From: Candidatus Aenigmatarchaeota archaeon
GTDB lineage: Archaea > Aenigmatarchaeota > Aenigmatarchaeia > QMZP01 > QMZT01
Direction of reading: 5' to 3'
NCBI GenBank assembly: GCA_963726265.1
Contig: CAVSBQ010000002.1
Location: 480,001-544,000, forward strand
Length of the DNA: 64,000 nt
This document shows positions 1 to 11,715 of this stretch, piece by piece. Both the position numbers and the translations under genes were made by a program. The first letter of the stretch is position 1. Every line of letters begins with the position of its first letter. The notes below the pieces were generated by a model. That model made no database searches and was not told where the DNA came from. It saw only the letters and a list, made by a program, of their open reading frames with translations.

Positions 1-3000
1 CCGTTTCCATCAACCTCGTCGTATACGAGACCTTCCAAGGCGCGCCGATACTCGCGTATCAGTTTGCCCAACGGTTACCTATTTTCAGGAGAGGCTTCAG
101 GCTTAGATGCTTTCAGCCCTTATCCTCAGTGACGTAGCTACCCGGCAGTGCAGGCACAACCGGTACACCAGAGGTCACAACGCACTGTTCCTTTCGTACT
201 ATGTGCATTCTCCCCTCAGGTAACCAACACCTTCAGCAGATATAGACCATACTGGCTCGCACCGTATTTAACCCAGCTAGCGTGGCTCTTTAATGAGTGA
301 ACACCTCCACCCTTGGACGCTGCTGCACGTCCAGGAAGAGCCGAGCCGACGGCGGAGAAGCAACGAGCGCGGTCGATTTGACCTCTCACTTCCCGATATT
401 TTCATCACCGCGGCTTTCGAAAAAGCCGCGGCTCAATAGCCAACAGGTTATAACCTGCTGCTGTCCTGACAAAAAATTTGATACGCACTAAGGCGTACCA
501 TCTTCTTGTCCTGACTTCGAGAACGAGAAATGAGTTATGGACTCTCACGCGCCACGACTCCATTACCCCCAAGGTAACTTTTCTGACAGAGCTGGCTCCC
601 AGCTAATGGAGACACAGCGGATCGCTAGGCCACGCTTTCGCGTTAGGATTCCTCGCCTTGCGGAATCCTATCAGGCCGGCTTTTGCCCTTGCACTCTAAA
701 TTCCGATTTCTGACCGGAATGAGCCGACCTTAGGGCGCCTCTGATCCTTTATCAGAGGCGTACCGCCCCAGCCAAACTGCCCATCAATTGCTGTCCCCCT
801 AAAGGTAAGCAATATGTTAACGGTGGGTTGGTGTTACATTGACGCCTTCCCCAAACCCGAAGACTTGGGTGCGATGCTCCCAACTACACTATGCGACCAT
901 CAACATACCGCAACAACAGACTGCAGTAAAGTTCTATGGGGTCTTCTCGTCCCGCTGAAGGACTCCGGGTTATTCGCCGGACAACTAAGTTCGCTAGGTG
1001 TCAGGTCAAGACAGTGGGGATGTCGTTAAGCCATTCATGCAGGTCGACAATTAATCGACAAGGGATTACGCTACCTTAAGACGGTCAGAGTTACCGCCGC
1101 CGTTTACCGGGGCTTGGCTGGTTTTGGCCAGTTTAACACACCGGCACTGGGCAGGCATCAGGAGCTATACAAAGCGTTTCCACCTAGCAGCCCCCTACGT
1201 TTTTGTTAAACAGTCGCAACCCCCTTGTTACTGAGACCTACTCGTTCTGTCTGAGACAGAGGAGTAGGCACCCCTTATACCGAAGGTACAGGGCCAATTT
1301 GCCGAATTCCTTGACCTGACTTCTCCTAATACACCTTCGCCTTTTCAGCGAGGGGCACCAGTGACGGTTCTCGGTACGGTCATGAAAGATCCATTCAGAT
1401 TCCCTTTTCACCGATTCCAGGAGTCAACCGAACGGACATACGCCCGCTATTTCTGGTTTCGCCTGCTTCTCACCATTACGGTACTCCACAGGTTTCGCCA
1501 GTTAATCACCGAAGTGATCGGCATATCCCAAAATGTCAGGAATCAGACTTGTGTCGCCACACGTACTTCCATGGTGCAGGAATATTAACCTGCTTCCCTT
1601 TCGATAAGTTCCAGTTGGGGCTTGTCTTAGGACCGACTAACCCTCAGATGACGACCATTGCTGAGGAACCCTTGCCCTTTAGGTGGTGGAGTGTCTCACT
1701 CCACTATTGTTGCTACTATCAGCAAGATCCTTGTTCCTGTAAGGTCCATTCCCTCTTACGAAGAAACTTCTGCCCTACCAGGACACCTCTCTACCATAAT
1801 CCTTTCGGAATCTAAGATATCGGTACCAAACTTAGTCCCGTCCATTTTCAAGGCCCTCAACCTAGATAGGTGAGCTATTACGCTTTCTTTGAAGGGTGGC
1901 TGCTTCTAAGCCGACCTCCCTATTGTCTATGGGTGAAGACGCTTTTCATCACTTAGCTTGGATTTAGGGACCTTAATCTTAGGCTGGGTTCTTGCCCTTT
2001 CGGATACTGAGCTTACCCCAGTACCCCCACTCCGGCCTTCTACGGAGGATGGTAGATTCCGAGTTTGACAGTGCAACTGAACCTTTCGGTTCTTGGTTGC
2101 CCAATCAGTATCTATACCCTGCCATCTTCCTCCGGCCAGGCTATGCTGAGGCATATTTCGAGAGGAACCAGCTATTGCTGAACGCGATTAGCATTTCACT
2201 CCTAGCCCCAGGTCACGTGAGCGATTTGAATCTCAGCATCTCTATCGGGCCTCCATCTAGCTTTCGCCAGACTTCACCCTGCCAAGGGCTAGATCGTCCA
2301 GCTTCAGGTCTTACCCCTGTGACTTTAGGCTCTTTCAAACCTGACCGCCTGACGGCACAAAGCCGATGCGCGGTTCTTGCTTTCGCTGCGGGTACTTGAA
2401 TTACCCTCGCCACAGAAATAAACTCCTTGCCGCGTGTTTCCGCACGGGCGACAAAACTCCTGCAAGCAGGAGCCTTGCCTACCTATAATTACATGGTTTC
2501 AGGCTCTTTTCATCTCCGGTTAGAGATACTTTTCATTTTTCCGTCACCGTACTAGTGCGCTATCGGACTCGGGGTGTATTTAGGATTGGGAGTTACTGGC
2601 TCCCGTATTCCCAATGGATTTTCAACCAATGGTACTCTGGATACCCGCTATCAACCTTCTTCCTTGCTCATACGGGGCTATCACCCTCTACGGCAGATCT
2701 TTCCAGATCACTTTTGATTGAGAAGTTAGGCTGAGCACGGGTCCGAACCCCACATCTCTCCTGGCTTTCACCAAGAGATTCGGTTTGTCCTTTTCCCTTT
2801 TCAATCGCCTCTACTAGGGGAATCACGATTGTTTTCTTTTCCGGCCCTTACTAAGATGTTTCAATTTAGGGCGTCACCGATGACCCGAAGGTCAACGACA
2901 TATGTCAGGAAGTCCCATTAGGAGATCCCGGGTTCAAAGGCTGCTTGCGCCTACCCCGGGCATATCGCAGCTTGCCACGTCCTTCTTCGGCCCCCGAACC

Positions 3001-3025
3001 AAACCATCCACCACGTAACGTAGCA
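1..3025 (-). rRNA. rrl: 23S rRNA (3' end cut by window edge), contains a 159-nt intron
   Basis: Reverse complements of conserved LSU motifs: gcttagatgctttcagc (~101), cccagccaaactgccc (~766), ctaccttaagacggtc (~1071), gggcatatcgcagcttgccacgtccttc (~2958). 5' end approximate. Confidence 0.97.
378..536 (-). other. 23S rRNA intron in the helix 89 loop (E. coli ~2477/2478), relaxed BHB, no ORF
   Basis: Removing it restores GAGAGUCCAU-AUCGAC. 11-bp closing stem CUCAUUUCUCG/CGGGAAGUGAG, central helix GUCC/GGUC with one U-U, bulges AUA and AAA. Confidence 0.85.
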
Positions 3026-3433
3026 GATCCTTTTTGTCAGGACAACTCGCCTATGTTTCATCATCAAGGAACTCAAATGGTGTTCACTTTTTCATAGAAA
3101 GCGAAAGACGCAAGCTCGCGCATGCGTCTGTCTGCCTCCTCAAGTGACTGTCTGAAGAGTCATCATTCCTCTCCAATCCACCCGCCAAAATTTATTGGCG
3201 AGCTTCATATACCGACATGCAGAATTGCATCGCCGCATACCGGTTTCTTTGTAATTTGGTTAACATGAACTAGCTACCAATAGCTTGTTCAGAATAAGAC
3301 AGACATACTCGCGTACGCCACCCTCTGACTGCATGACCTCTTTCCCTGTCACGGATCAAAGGCCAAGTCTCTGAACAGCTTTGGATAGCCATTGTTAGGA
3401 AACGTATTGCATCACTGCAAGTTTCCGTAAGCG

Positions 3434-3478
3434 TGAGCAACTATTATATTGTCCCGGGACATTTAAATACATTTCTGG
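3434..3478 (-). promoter_or_regulatory. Putative internal promoter for 23S rRNA
   Basis: Minus strand cagaaatgtaTTTAAATg, with TGCTCA 28 nt from the TATA start; the 16S promoter has the same layout (29 nt). Confidence 0.6.
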
Positions 3479-3564
3479 GCCAGTTTTCAGTTGCCGTTTC
3501 TTGCTTTCGTTTTCCGCTAATTCCGCTTCAGCGGAATCTTAAGCCTTTTTTTAAAAGGCTTTTA

Positions 3565-3724
3565 TGGACCGAGTGGGAATTCCACGCCCGCCCAAGCCGA
3601 CCGTTGCGGGTTCGTGTTGGGCGAGGTTTTGAACCCACGGCCTCTCGCTTGCAAAGCGAGCGATCTGTGGCGATTGAAGCAGACCTCGTCTGCTTCACCT
3701 TAATTACCGCTGATCTATCGGCCC
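3565..3724 (-). tRNA. tRNA-Ala(UGC) with two non-canonical introns: D-loop (~3667-3705) and T-loop 59/60 (3579-3627)
   Basis: Acceptor GGGCCGA/UCGGUCC-A with G3:U70, anticodon arm CUCGC-UU-UGC-AA-GCGAG, T arm GUGGG-UUCAAAU-CCCAC after splicing. T-loop BHB: UUCA/UGGA with bulges AAA and AUU. Confidence 0.93.
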
Positions 3725-3815
3725 ATGCGTTTCGAAGGATGCAGAATCTCATTCTGCATCGGTTTGTTAGATGTGATTTCGCAGGAGATTGTATTGAGAA
3801 AGCGAGATATATATA

Positions 3816-5373
<1,558 letters not shown>

Positions 5374-5501
5374 TAGAAATTGGCAGGTTGTAGCTCCTTT
5401 ATAAATCTCGCTAATTTCTCACAATCTCCTACTTCAAACTTAATTGTTTTCTTGAAATTAAGCTCACATCTTCGCCATAGCTGCCGAGTCTGCGGCATCT
5501 A

Positions 5502-5545
5502 TGAGCATATATAATATAGAGCGAGGTCTTTTTAAACGTTATTGC
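5502..5545 (-). promoter_or_regulatory. rRNA operon promoter
   Basis: Minus strand TTTAAAAA box with a TGCTCA initiator-like element 29 nt from the TATA start. Confidence 0.65.
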
Positions 5546-5634
5546 CTTCCTTTCGGTCAAAAGCTTTTTCTTAAAAATCGCCAGAACTATTATTTATTAT
5601 AACCAACCAACAATTTAACTAATCACGTGGCTGC

Positions 5635-7092
5635 ATGGAAAAAAAAGACGCCAAAAGGCCGGGGAAGGAGGAGCTGGAGCAGCTGAAAGTCTCGAAGGCC
5701 GGCGATTTTTCCGAGTGGTATAACCAGGTCGTCCAGAAAGCGGGCCTGGCTGACTACGCCCCGATAAGCGGCTGCATGATTATCAGGCCATACGGCTTCG
5801 CCATATGGGAGAAAATACAAAGCTGGTTCGACGAAAGGATAAAGGCAACCGGCGTAGTGAATGCGTATTTCCCGATTTTCATCCCCGAACGCTTCCTGAA
5901 GAAGGAGAGCGAGCACTTCGAGGGCTTCATGCCCGAGGTCGCGTGGGTGGAGAAGAAAGACGCAGGCGAAGAACGCTACGCCCTCCGCCCGACCTCCGAG
6001 ACCATCATGTATGATTCTTACGCGAAGTGGATACGCTCGTGGCGTGACCTTCCCCTTCGCATAAACCAGTGGTGCAACATAATCCGCTGGGAAGTCAAGG
6101 CCACGAGGCTTTTCCTGAGGACCAGGGAATTCCTGTGGCAGGAAGGCCACACCGCGCACGCGACGGAAGAGGAATGCGAAAAAGAAGTCGCGTTGCGAGC
6201 GGAACAGTATAAGGAGCTCATAGAAACGCAGCTGGCCATCCCGGTCGTCATGGGCAAGAAGTCACGAAGCGAAACGTTCGCCGGCGCGGACTACACCATC
6301 GCCCTCGAAGCGCTGATGCCTGACGGACGAGGGCTGCAGATGGCGACGTCGCACAAGCTCGGCCAGCATTTCGCCAAGGTCTTCGGCATAAAGTTCATGG
6401 ACAAGGAAGGCAAGGAGAAGCTTGTGTGGCAGACGTCCTGGGGTCTCACGACGAGAACGATAGGCGCAATAACCATGATGCACGGCGACGACAAAGGTCT
6501 CGTGCTTCCGCCGAAAATCGCGCCCACACAAATCGTCATAGTCCCGATTTACGACAACGAGACGAAAGCGACAGTCATCAGGGAAAGCGAAAAAATCAGG
6601 AAAAAACTGGAAACGCAATTCAGAGTGCACCTCGACGACAGGGATTCCTATTCGCCGGGGTGGAAGTTCAACGAATGGGAGCTCAAGGGCGTGCCGCTGC
6701 GCATAGAGATCGGCCCGCGCGACATAAAGAGCAGGCAGGCCGTCCTCGTGAGACGCGACACTCGGGAGAAGAAGCCGGTCAAGGAAAGCGAGCTCGAAGA
6801 TGCGGCCGGAAAGACGCTCGACCTCATGCAGGAGCACCTTTACAGGAAAGCGAAGGAATTCCTGGCGGACAACATAAAGGACGCGAGGAGCTTCGACGAG
6901 CTGGAAAAGCTGATAGCGAACAAAAAGATGGTCCGCGCCCACTGGTGCGGCTATGCCGAATGCGAAGAGAAGGCGAAGGAAAAAACCACCGCCACAATAA
7001 GATGCATAGAGAACGAGCATGCGAAAGAGGGAAAATGCGCCGTCTGCGGCAAGCCGGCGAAAGCGACCGTCTATTTCGCGAAGGCGTACTGA
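5635..7092 (+). CDS. proS: Proline--tRNA ligase, archaeal/eukaryotic type
   Basis: RPTSET, NQWCN, FLRTREFLWQEGHT, SWGLTTR motifs and C-terminal ...FAKAY. Confidence 0.97.
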   Translation: MEKKDAKRPGKEELEQLKVSKAGDFSEWYNQVVQKAGLADYAPISGCMIIRPYGFAIWEKIQSWFDERIKATGVVNAYFPIFIPERFLKKESEHFEGFMPEVAWVEKKDAGEERYALRPTSETIMYDSYAKWIRSWRDLPLRINQWCNIIRWEVKATRLFLRTREFLWQEGHTAHATEEECEKEVALRAEQYKELIETQLAIPVVMGKKSRSETFAGADYTIALEALMPDGRGLQMATSHKLGQHFAKVFGIKFMDKEGKEKLVWQTSWGLTTRTIGAITMMHGDDKGLVLPPKIAPTQIVIVPIYDNETKATVIRESEKIRKKLETQFRVHLDDRDSYSPGWKFNEWELKGVPLRIEIGPRDIKSRQAVLVRRDTREKKPVKESELEDAAGKTLDLMQEHLYRKAKEFLADNIKDARSFDELEKLIANKKMVRAHWCGYAECEEKAKEKTTATIRCIENEHAKEGKCAVCGKPAKATVYFAKAY

Positions 7093-7114
7093 ATGGCTTC
7101 AGAACGAGGTTTCG

Positions 7115-7140
7115 TTTTAGGATAAAGCTTTATCCTAAAA
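7115..7140. terminator. Perfect 26-bp palindrome between convergent genes
   Basis: ttttaggataaag/ctttatcctaaaa between the proS and antiporter stop codons. Confidence 0.5.
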
Positions 7141-7143
7141 ACT

Positions 7144-8323
7144 TTAGCTCCAGCCTCTTCTGTTGGCGCTTGCCTTTCGGCCGAATGCGAATTTTATAAG
7201 AAGCGGCGAGACCGCGTTTATGAGGACGAAAGATGCGATGAGGCCAAGGTAGAAGACGGGACTGAGCTTCGTCACTGCAATCGCCACTATGACAGCCGTC
7301 ATCTCGGAAAGCGTCACGAAGCCTGACGTGAGCTTGAGCGCATCGGCCATGCTGTAGCGGAAAACCTTGAACGCCGCCAGCGCAGTGACGACTTTTATGC
7401 CGACTATTATGCCCATTATCATCAGTATCGGTATTATCTGGTCGGCGGCGGCAAGGAGGTTTATCGAAAGCCCGACCGAGGCGAAGAATATGGGTATGAA
7501 GAAGTTCTCCCCTATCTCCTTGACCTTCCTCTTTATTACAGGATACTGGGCGCTCCTGCACAAGCAGCATCCCGGCGATGAATACCCCCAGAACCGAAGC
7601 GAGGTTAAGGCCCTGAGTTATGCTGCCCAGAGCAAACGCCAGCAGCATAGTGAAGGCGAATAAAGCGTCTTCGATTCCGTACTTCTGTATTGAGCCGGTA
7701 AGCCTCGTGACTGTCTTGAAGCCCACGCGGCTCATGAGTACGAAAAGCCCGATGACGAGAAGGATGGTCGTGAATACCGGCCACAGCGTTATTTCCGAGC
7801 CCGTCATGATGTTGGCTATGATGGCAACGCTGACTATCGCGACGACTTCGTCGACGACCTCCAGCCCTATGAGCGTCTGGCCCTCATGCGTGCTCAGCTG
7901 CTTGGTGTCGGAAAGCGTGCGCGCGACTATCGCGGTGCTGGCTATCGCTATGACCGTCCCCATCACGACCGTAGTGTATATGTCCCAGCCGAAAACCAGG
8001 CTCGCGCCGTAGACGGCCACTATGACAAAGATGACCCTGGTAAGCTCTATCCAGCTGAAGCGCTCTGCGCGTCCTTCGAGGATTTTCCAGTCTATGCTCA
8101 GGCTCACGAGAAGTATCATGAACAGGAGGCCGAGCTCAGAAATGGTCGTTATGAGGCTCGTGGGAGCCACCAGCGCCAGCAGCGAAGGTCCTAGTATGAT
8201 GCCCGCCACCAGCTCGCCTATCACGCTGGGCTGCTTGAGCTTGCTGAATAAAATGCCGCATACCTTTGCCCCGAAAAGCAGCAGCGCCAAACCAAGCAGA
8301 GGGTCAAGTATCATATTTTCCAT
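7144..8323 (-). CDS. CPA2 cation:proton antiporter, frameshifted near 7560
   Basis: GELVAGIILGPS and LEVVDEV motifs; the C-terminal FFIPIFFASVG part continues in another frame (7144-7563). Confidence 0.85.
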
Positions 8324-8513
8324 TCACCGGGCAATTTGCCGATTATTATATTACAACCCAGGCAGCCAAACAAGAACTGTTCTGGATATTTTAAGTTAAC
8401 CCCGCGCCCTCTTAAATAGCTTTAAGCTTTTTTGAAAATCAGCGGAAAAACGTAAAATGTAATTTTTAATAATCTATATACTATCTAATTATTACATCCG
8501 GGAATCAAAACAT

Positions 8514-8647
8514 GCGGAGGTAACAAATCGGCTATGTGGCCGGCTGCAGCGGCGAAGCCAGTGGCTTAAAGCACGATGGGCGCAGATGAAATCTGCGTCA
8601 TTCGCAGCAGATACCGGCATAGGGGGGTTCGACTCCCTCCCTCCGCT
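8514..8647 (+). tRNA. tRNA-Cys(GCA) with a 63-nt canonical intron (8550-8612)
   Basis: Acceptor GCGGAGG/CCUCCGC-U73, anticodon arm GCCGG-CU-GCA-G|A-CCGGC, BHB CUGC/GCAG, T-loop UUCGACU. Confidence 0.9.
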
Positions 8648-8685
8648 TTTAATCTTTTAAACGTTTGATAAATTTGTGATAAGCT

Positions 8686-9558
8686 GTGGAAGTTGAAATA
8701 TTATACGCAATCGTGGCTTCTGTGATATGGGGCGGCATGTTCGCCGTTTCAAAGAACGTCAAGACAAACCAGATATTCCAGAACGTTTACATAACAGCAG
8801 GCGGCTTCGCGACGGCTCTGATAGTTTCTGTAATGATGCGACCCATATTAACAACCGAAACTTTATTGGCCGGCCTGGCTTCCGGCGTGCTTTGGGCATG
8901 CGCCAGTTTGTCATTCCTTTATGCGATGAAATACATCGGGATAGGAAGAGCCCTTCCTATGTCGGTTTCAGGTCAGATACTGGTATCATTCTTATGGGGC
9001 GCGCTGCTTTTTGGTGAAATAATTTACTCGGGCATGCTGAACATACTGATGGCTTTGGCTGCGATATTTTTGATATGCGCCAGCGCTTTTATCGTCAGCA
9101 GAACCAAAGAAAATGTAAATGCGAAAAATTTCAAGACGGGCATTTTAGCTGCCTTTTTATCTTCTTTGTTCTGGGGAACACAGTTCGTGCCTGTCAAGCT
9201 TGTTGCAGCTGACGCAGTTGCCGTCATGGCACCCCTTGCGGCAGGCATGCTGCTGACGGCCTCAATCACCGCTTTCGTGAAATTCGGCAAACGTATCAAC
9301 CTTTCATACAGCGGCAAAGAGAGAAATGTTCTAAACGGCTTACTTTGGGCGGTTGGTAATTATCTGGCCCTTTTTGCAATAGCCGCAATAGGCATGGCCA
9401 GGGGTTACGTGCTGACGCAGATAGGCGCCATAATCATACCTCCCCTGCTCGGCGTGTTCTATTTCAGGGAAATCAGGGAAAGAAGAAATTATCTGCTGCT
9501 TTTCCTGGCAACGATAATAATAATGGCAGGCACAGTGCTGATGACTTTTGCAAAATAA
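8686..9558 (+). CDS. GRP/GlcU-family sugar transporter (DMT superfamily)
   Basis: About 10 TM segments, IGIGRALPMS, FWGTQFVP, LGVFYFRE. Confidence 0.75.
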   Translation: MEVEILYAIVASVIWGGMFAVSKNVKTNQIFQNVYITAGGFATALIVSVMMRPILTTETLLAGLASGVLWACASLSFLYAMKYIGIGRALPMSVSGQILVSFLWGALLFGEIIYSGMLNILMALAAIFLICASAFIVSRTKENVNAKNFKTGILAAFLSSLFWGTQFVPVKLVAADAVAVMAPLAAGMLLTASITAFVKFGKRINLSYSGKERNVLNGLLWAVGNYLALFAIAAIGMARGYVLTQIGAIIIPPLLGVFYFREIRERRNYLLLFLATIIIMAGTVLMTFAK

Positions 9559-9562
9559 GCGG

Positions 9563-10885
9563 CTACTCGTATTTTGCCTTTATGCCTTTTCTCTCGAGGA
9601 CCTCGGCTATCGCGAAGCCGACGATGATTGTGAGCGCGGAATACGCCATTACCTCGAAATTAACGTAGGCCATCAGCATCAGGCAGGATACAATCCCGAA
9701 CACGGGGATCAGCGGGAAGCGTCCGAGATTCAGCGGCATCCTGAAATGGTGCTCCTCTTTCGTCACGGAAAAGCGCAGCTTTATCGCCGCGGCGTTTATG
9801 ACTATGAACACGAAGAATATCAGGAAGTCTGTCATGTTCGCTACAGTCTCGATTTTGCCGAAGCCCAGCGCCATGACCGAGAAGACCATGGTTATTATGG
9901 TCGCGACCCATGGCGTGCGCGTCTTCGAATGCACGCGCGCAAATACGCTGGTGTGCGAGAACGATTTGCCAATGCCGTAAATCATGCGCGCGGTCGCCAC
10001 CATCATGAAAAGGACCGTGTTCGCGGTCGCGAACAGCGCTATTATCGACAGGATTACGAAGCCGTTCGGCCCCAGGAGCGTCGAGGCGATTTCCGCCAGC
10101 GGCGCGTTCGACGCGCCGAGAATTCTCCAGTCGACGATCGATACCGCTGACAGCGCGACCAGAATGTAAAGAACAGTCGTAATCGCGATGGACAGCAGCG
10201 TCGCCCTGTGGATGTTGACTTTGGGGTTCTTCGTCTCCTCGGAAAGCCTGGATATCTGCTCGAACCCCACGTACGCGAAGAACACCAGGGCGGCCGCGGT
10301 GAAGACGCCGGCAAGGCTGGGAAATTCGAAATAATCCACCCTGCCGAGGTAAGGGACTCCGAGTATGATTACTACGATGAGGCCCGCCGTCTCGATGAGC
10401 GTCGCCACAACGCCGAACCAGACCGACTCCTTTATGCCGTAGAAGACCAGGAAGGAAAGCAGCACGATGAGTACCGCAGCCGTCAATAGGTAAGGCGCTC
10501 CAAACAGCTTTTCGAAATAGCCGGCGAAGCCGAACGCAACGGTCGCGGAGAAGACGAATCCCGAGATTATTATCAGCCAGCCGATTATGAAGGCGAACTT
10601 CCTGCCGAACGCGTGCTTGGTATAAACATACTCGGCCCCGGCCTTCGGAAATACGGAACTCAGTTCGGCGTAGCTCAGCCCCGTAAAGATCGCCACCAGC
10701 GCGGACAACGCAAAGGAAAGCCATACGCCGTTGCCAGCGATTGCCGATGCCTTTCCGATGAGCGCGTATATGCCCGCTCCGAGTATGAGGCCTATGCCAG
10801 TGAGAGTCGCCTGCCAAAGGCTTATCTCGCGCCTGAGTTTCGGCTCAGGCGCATGCGTATGCGCATGTTCGGATGGATTGGCCAT
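9563..10885 (-). CDS. APC-family amino acid permease
   Basis: GLILGAGIY, SYAELSS, FFAYVGFE motifs, about 12 TM segments. Confidence 0.92.
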   Translation of the reverse strand: MANPSEHAHTHAPEPKLRREISLWQATLTGIGLILGAGIYALIGKASAIAGNGVWLSFALSALVAIFTGLSYAELSSVFPKAGAEYVYTKHAFGRKFAFIIGWLIIISGFVFSATVAFGFAGYFEKLFGAPYLLTAAVLIVLLSFLVFYGIKESVWFGVVATLIETAGLIVVIILGVPYLGRVDYFEFPSLAGVFTAAALVFFAYVGFEQISRLSEETKNPKVNIHRATLLSIAITTVLYILVALSAVSIVDWRILGASNAPLAEIASTLLGPNGFVILSIIALFATANTVLFMMVATARMIYGIGKSFSHTSVFARVHSKTRTPWVATIITMVFSVMALGFGKIETVANMTDFLIFFVFIVINAAAIKLRFSVTKEEHHFRMPLNLGRFPLIPVFGIVSCLMLMAYVNFEVMAYSALTIIVGFAIAEVLERKGIKAKYE

Positions 10886-10944
10886 TATAATATTTTGTCA
10901 AGCCTGCTAAAATATTTTTATTGTTCTGGCGCGAAATAAGTCGT

Positions 10945-11706
10945 ATGAGCCTGGAAATATGGTTATACGCACTTGCGAGCGTTCTGGTCGTGAGCGCGAT
11001 TTCGCTTATAGGCATAGTTACGATATCGGTCAAGGAAGAAAGGCTCGCGAAAATCCTGCTCTATTTGGTCGGCTTCTCTGCAGGCGGCCTGCTCGGCGGA
11101 GCTTTCATACACCTGCTGCCGGAAGCGGTCGCAGAATCCGGCTTTGGCCTGACGGTTTCCGTTTCCGTTTTGTCAGGCATGATAGTGTTTTTCATCATGG
11201 AGAAGGCCGTCCACTGGCGCCACTGCCACGTGCCGACCAGCGAAAAGCATCCGCACCCGTTCGCCTACATGAACCTTGTCGGCGACAGCGTGCACAACTT
11301 CATAGACGGCCTGATAATAGGCGCGGGCTACATGGCATCCCTGCCGATCGGGATAGTGACGACCTTCGCCGTCATACTCCACGAAATACCGCAGGAAATC
11401 GGCGACTTCGGCGTACTGCTCCATGGCGGCTTCACGCGAAGGAAAGCTCTTTATTTGAATTTCATGACTGCCCTGACCGCCGTCGCGGGAACGATAGTCG
11501 CCATAGCCGCAAGCTATTTCGTGGGGAACCTGACTGCCTTCCTGGTGCCTTTCGCGGCGGGCGGTTTCATATACATCGCCTCGTCCGACCTCATACCCGA
11601 GCTGCACAAAGATGCATACGAAACTAAGAAGTCGTTTGTCCAGCTTCTGACTATCATTCTTGGCATAGCGGTTATATTCGCGCTCAAGTTTCTTGTCGCC
11701 GAATAA
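10945..11706 (+). CDS. ZIP-family divalent metal (zinc) transporter
   Basis: HWRHCH, DSVHNFIDG, LHEIPQEIGDF motifs. Confidence 0.95.
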   Translation: MSLEIWLYALASVLVVSAISLIGIVTISVKEERLAKILLYLVGFSAGGLLGGAFIHLLPEAVAESGFGLTVSVSVLSGMIVFFIMEKAVHWRHCHVPTSEKHPHPFAYMNLVGDSVHNFIDGLIIGAGYMASLPIGIVTTFAVILHEIPQEIGDFGVLLHGGFTRRKALYLNFMTALTAVAGTIVAIAASYFVGNLTAFLVPFAAGGFIYIASSDLIPELHKDAYETKKSFVQLLTIILGIAVIFALKFLVAE

Positions 11707-11715
11707 ACCTAAAAA

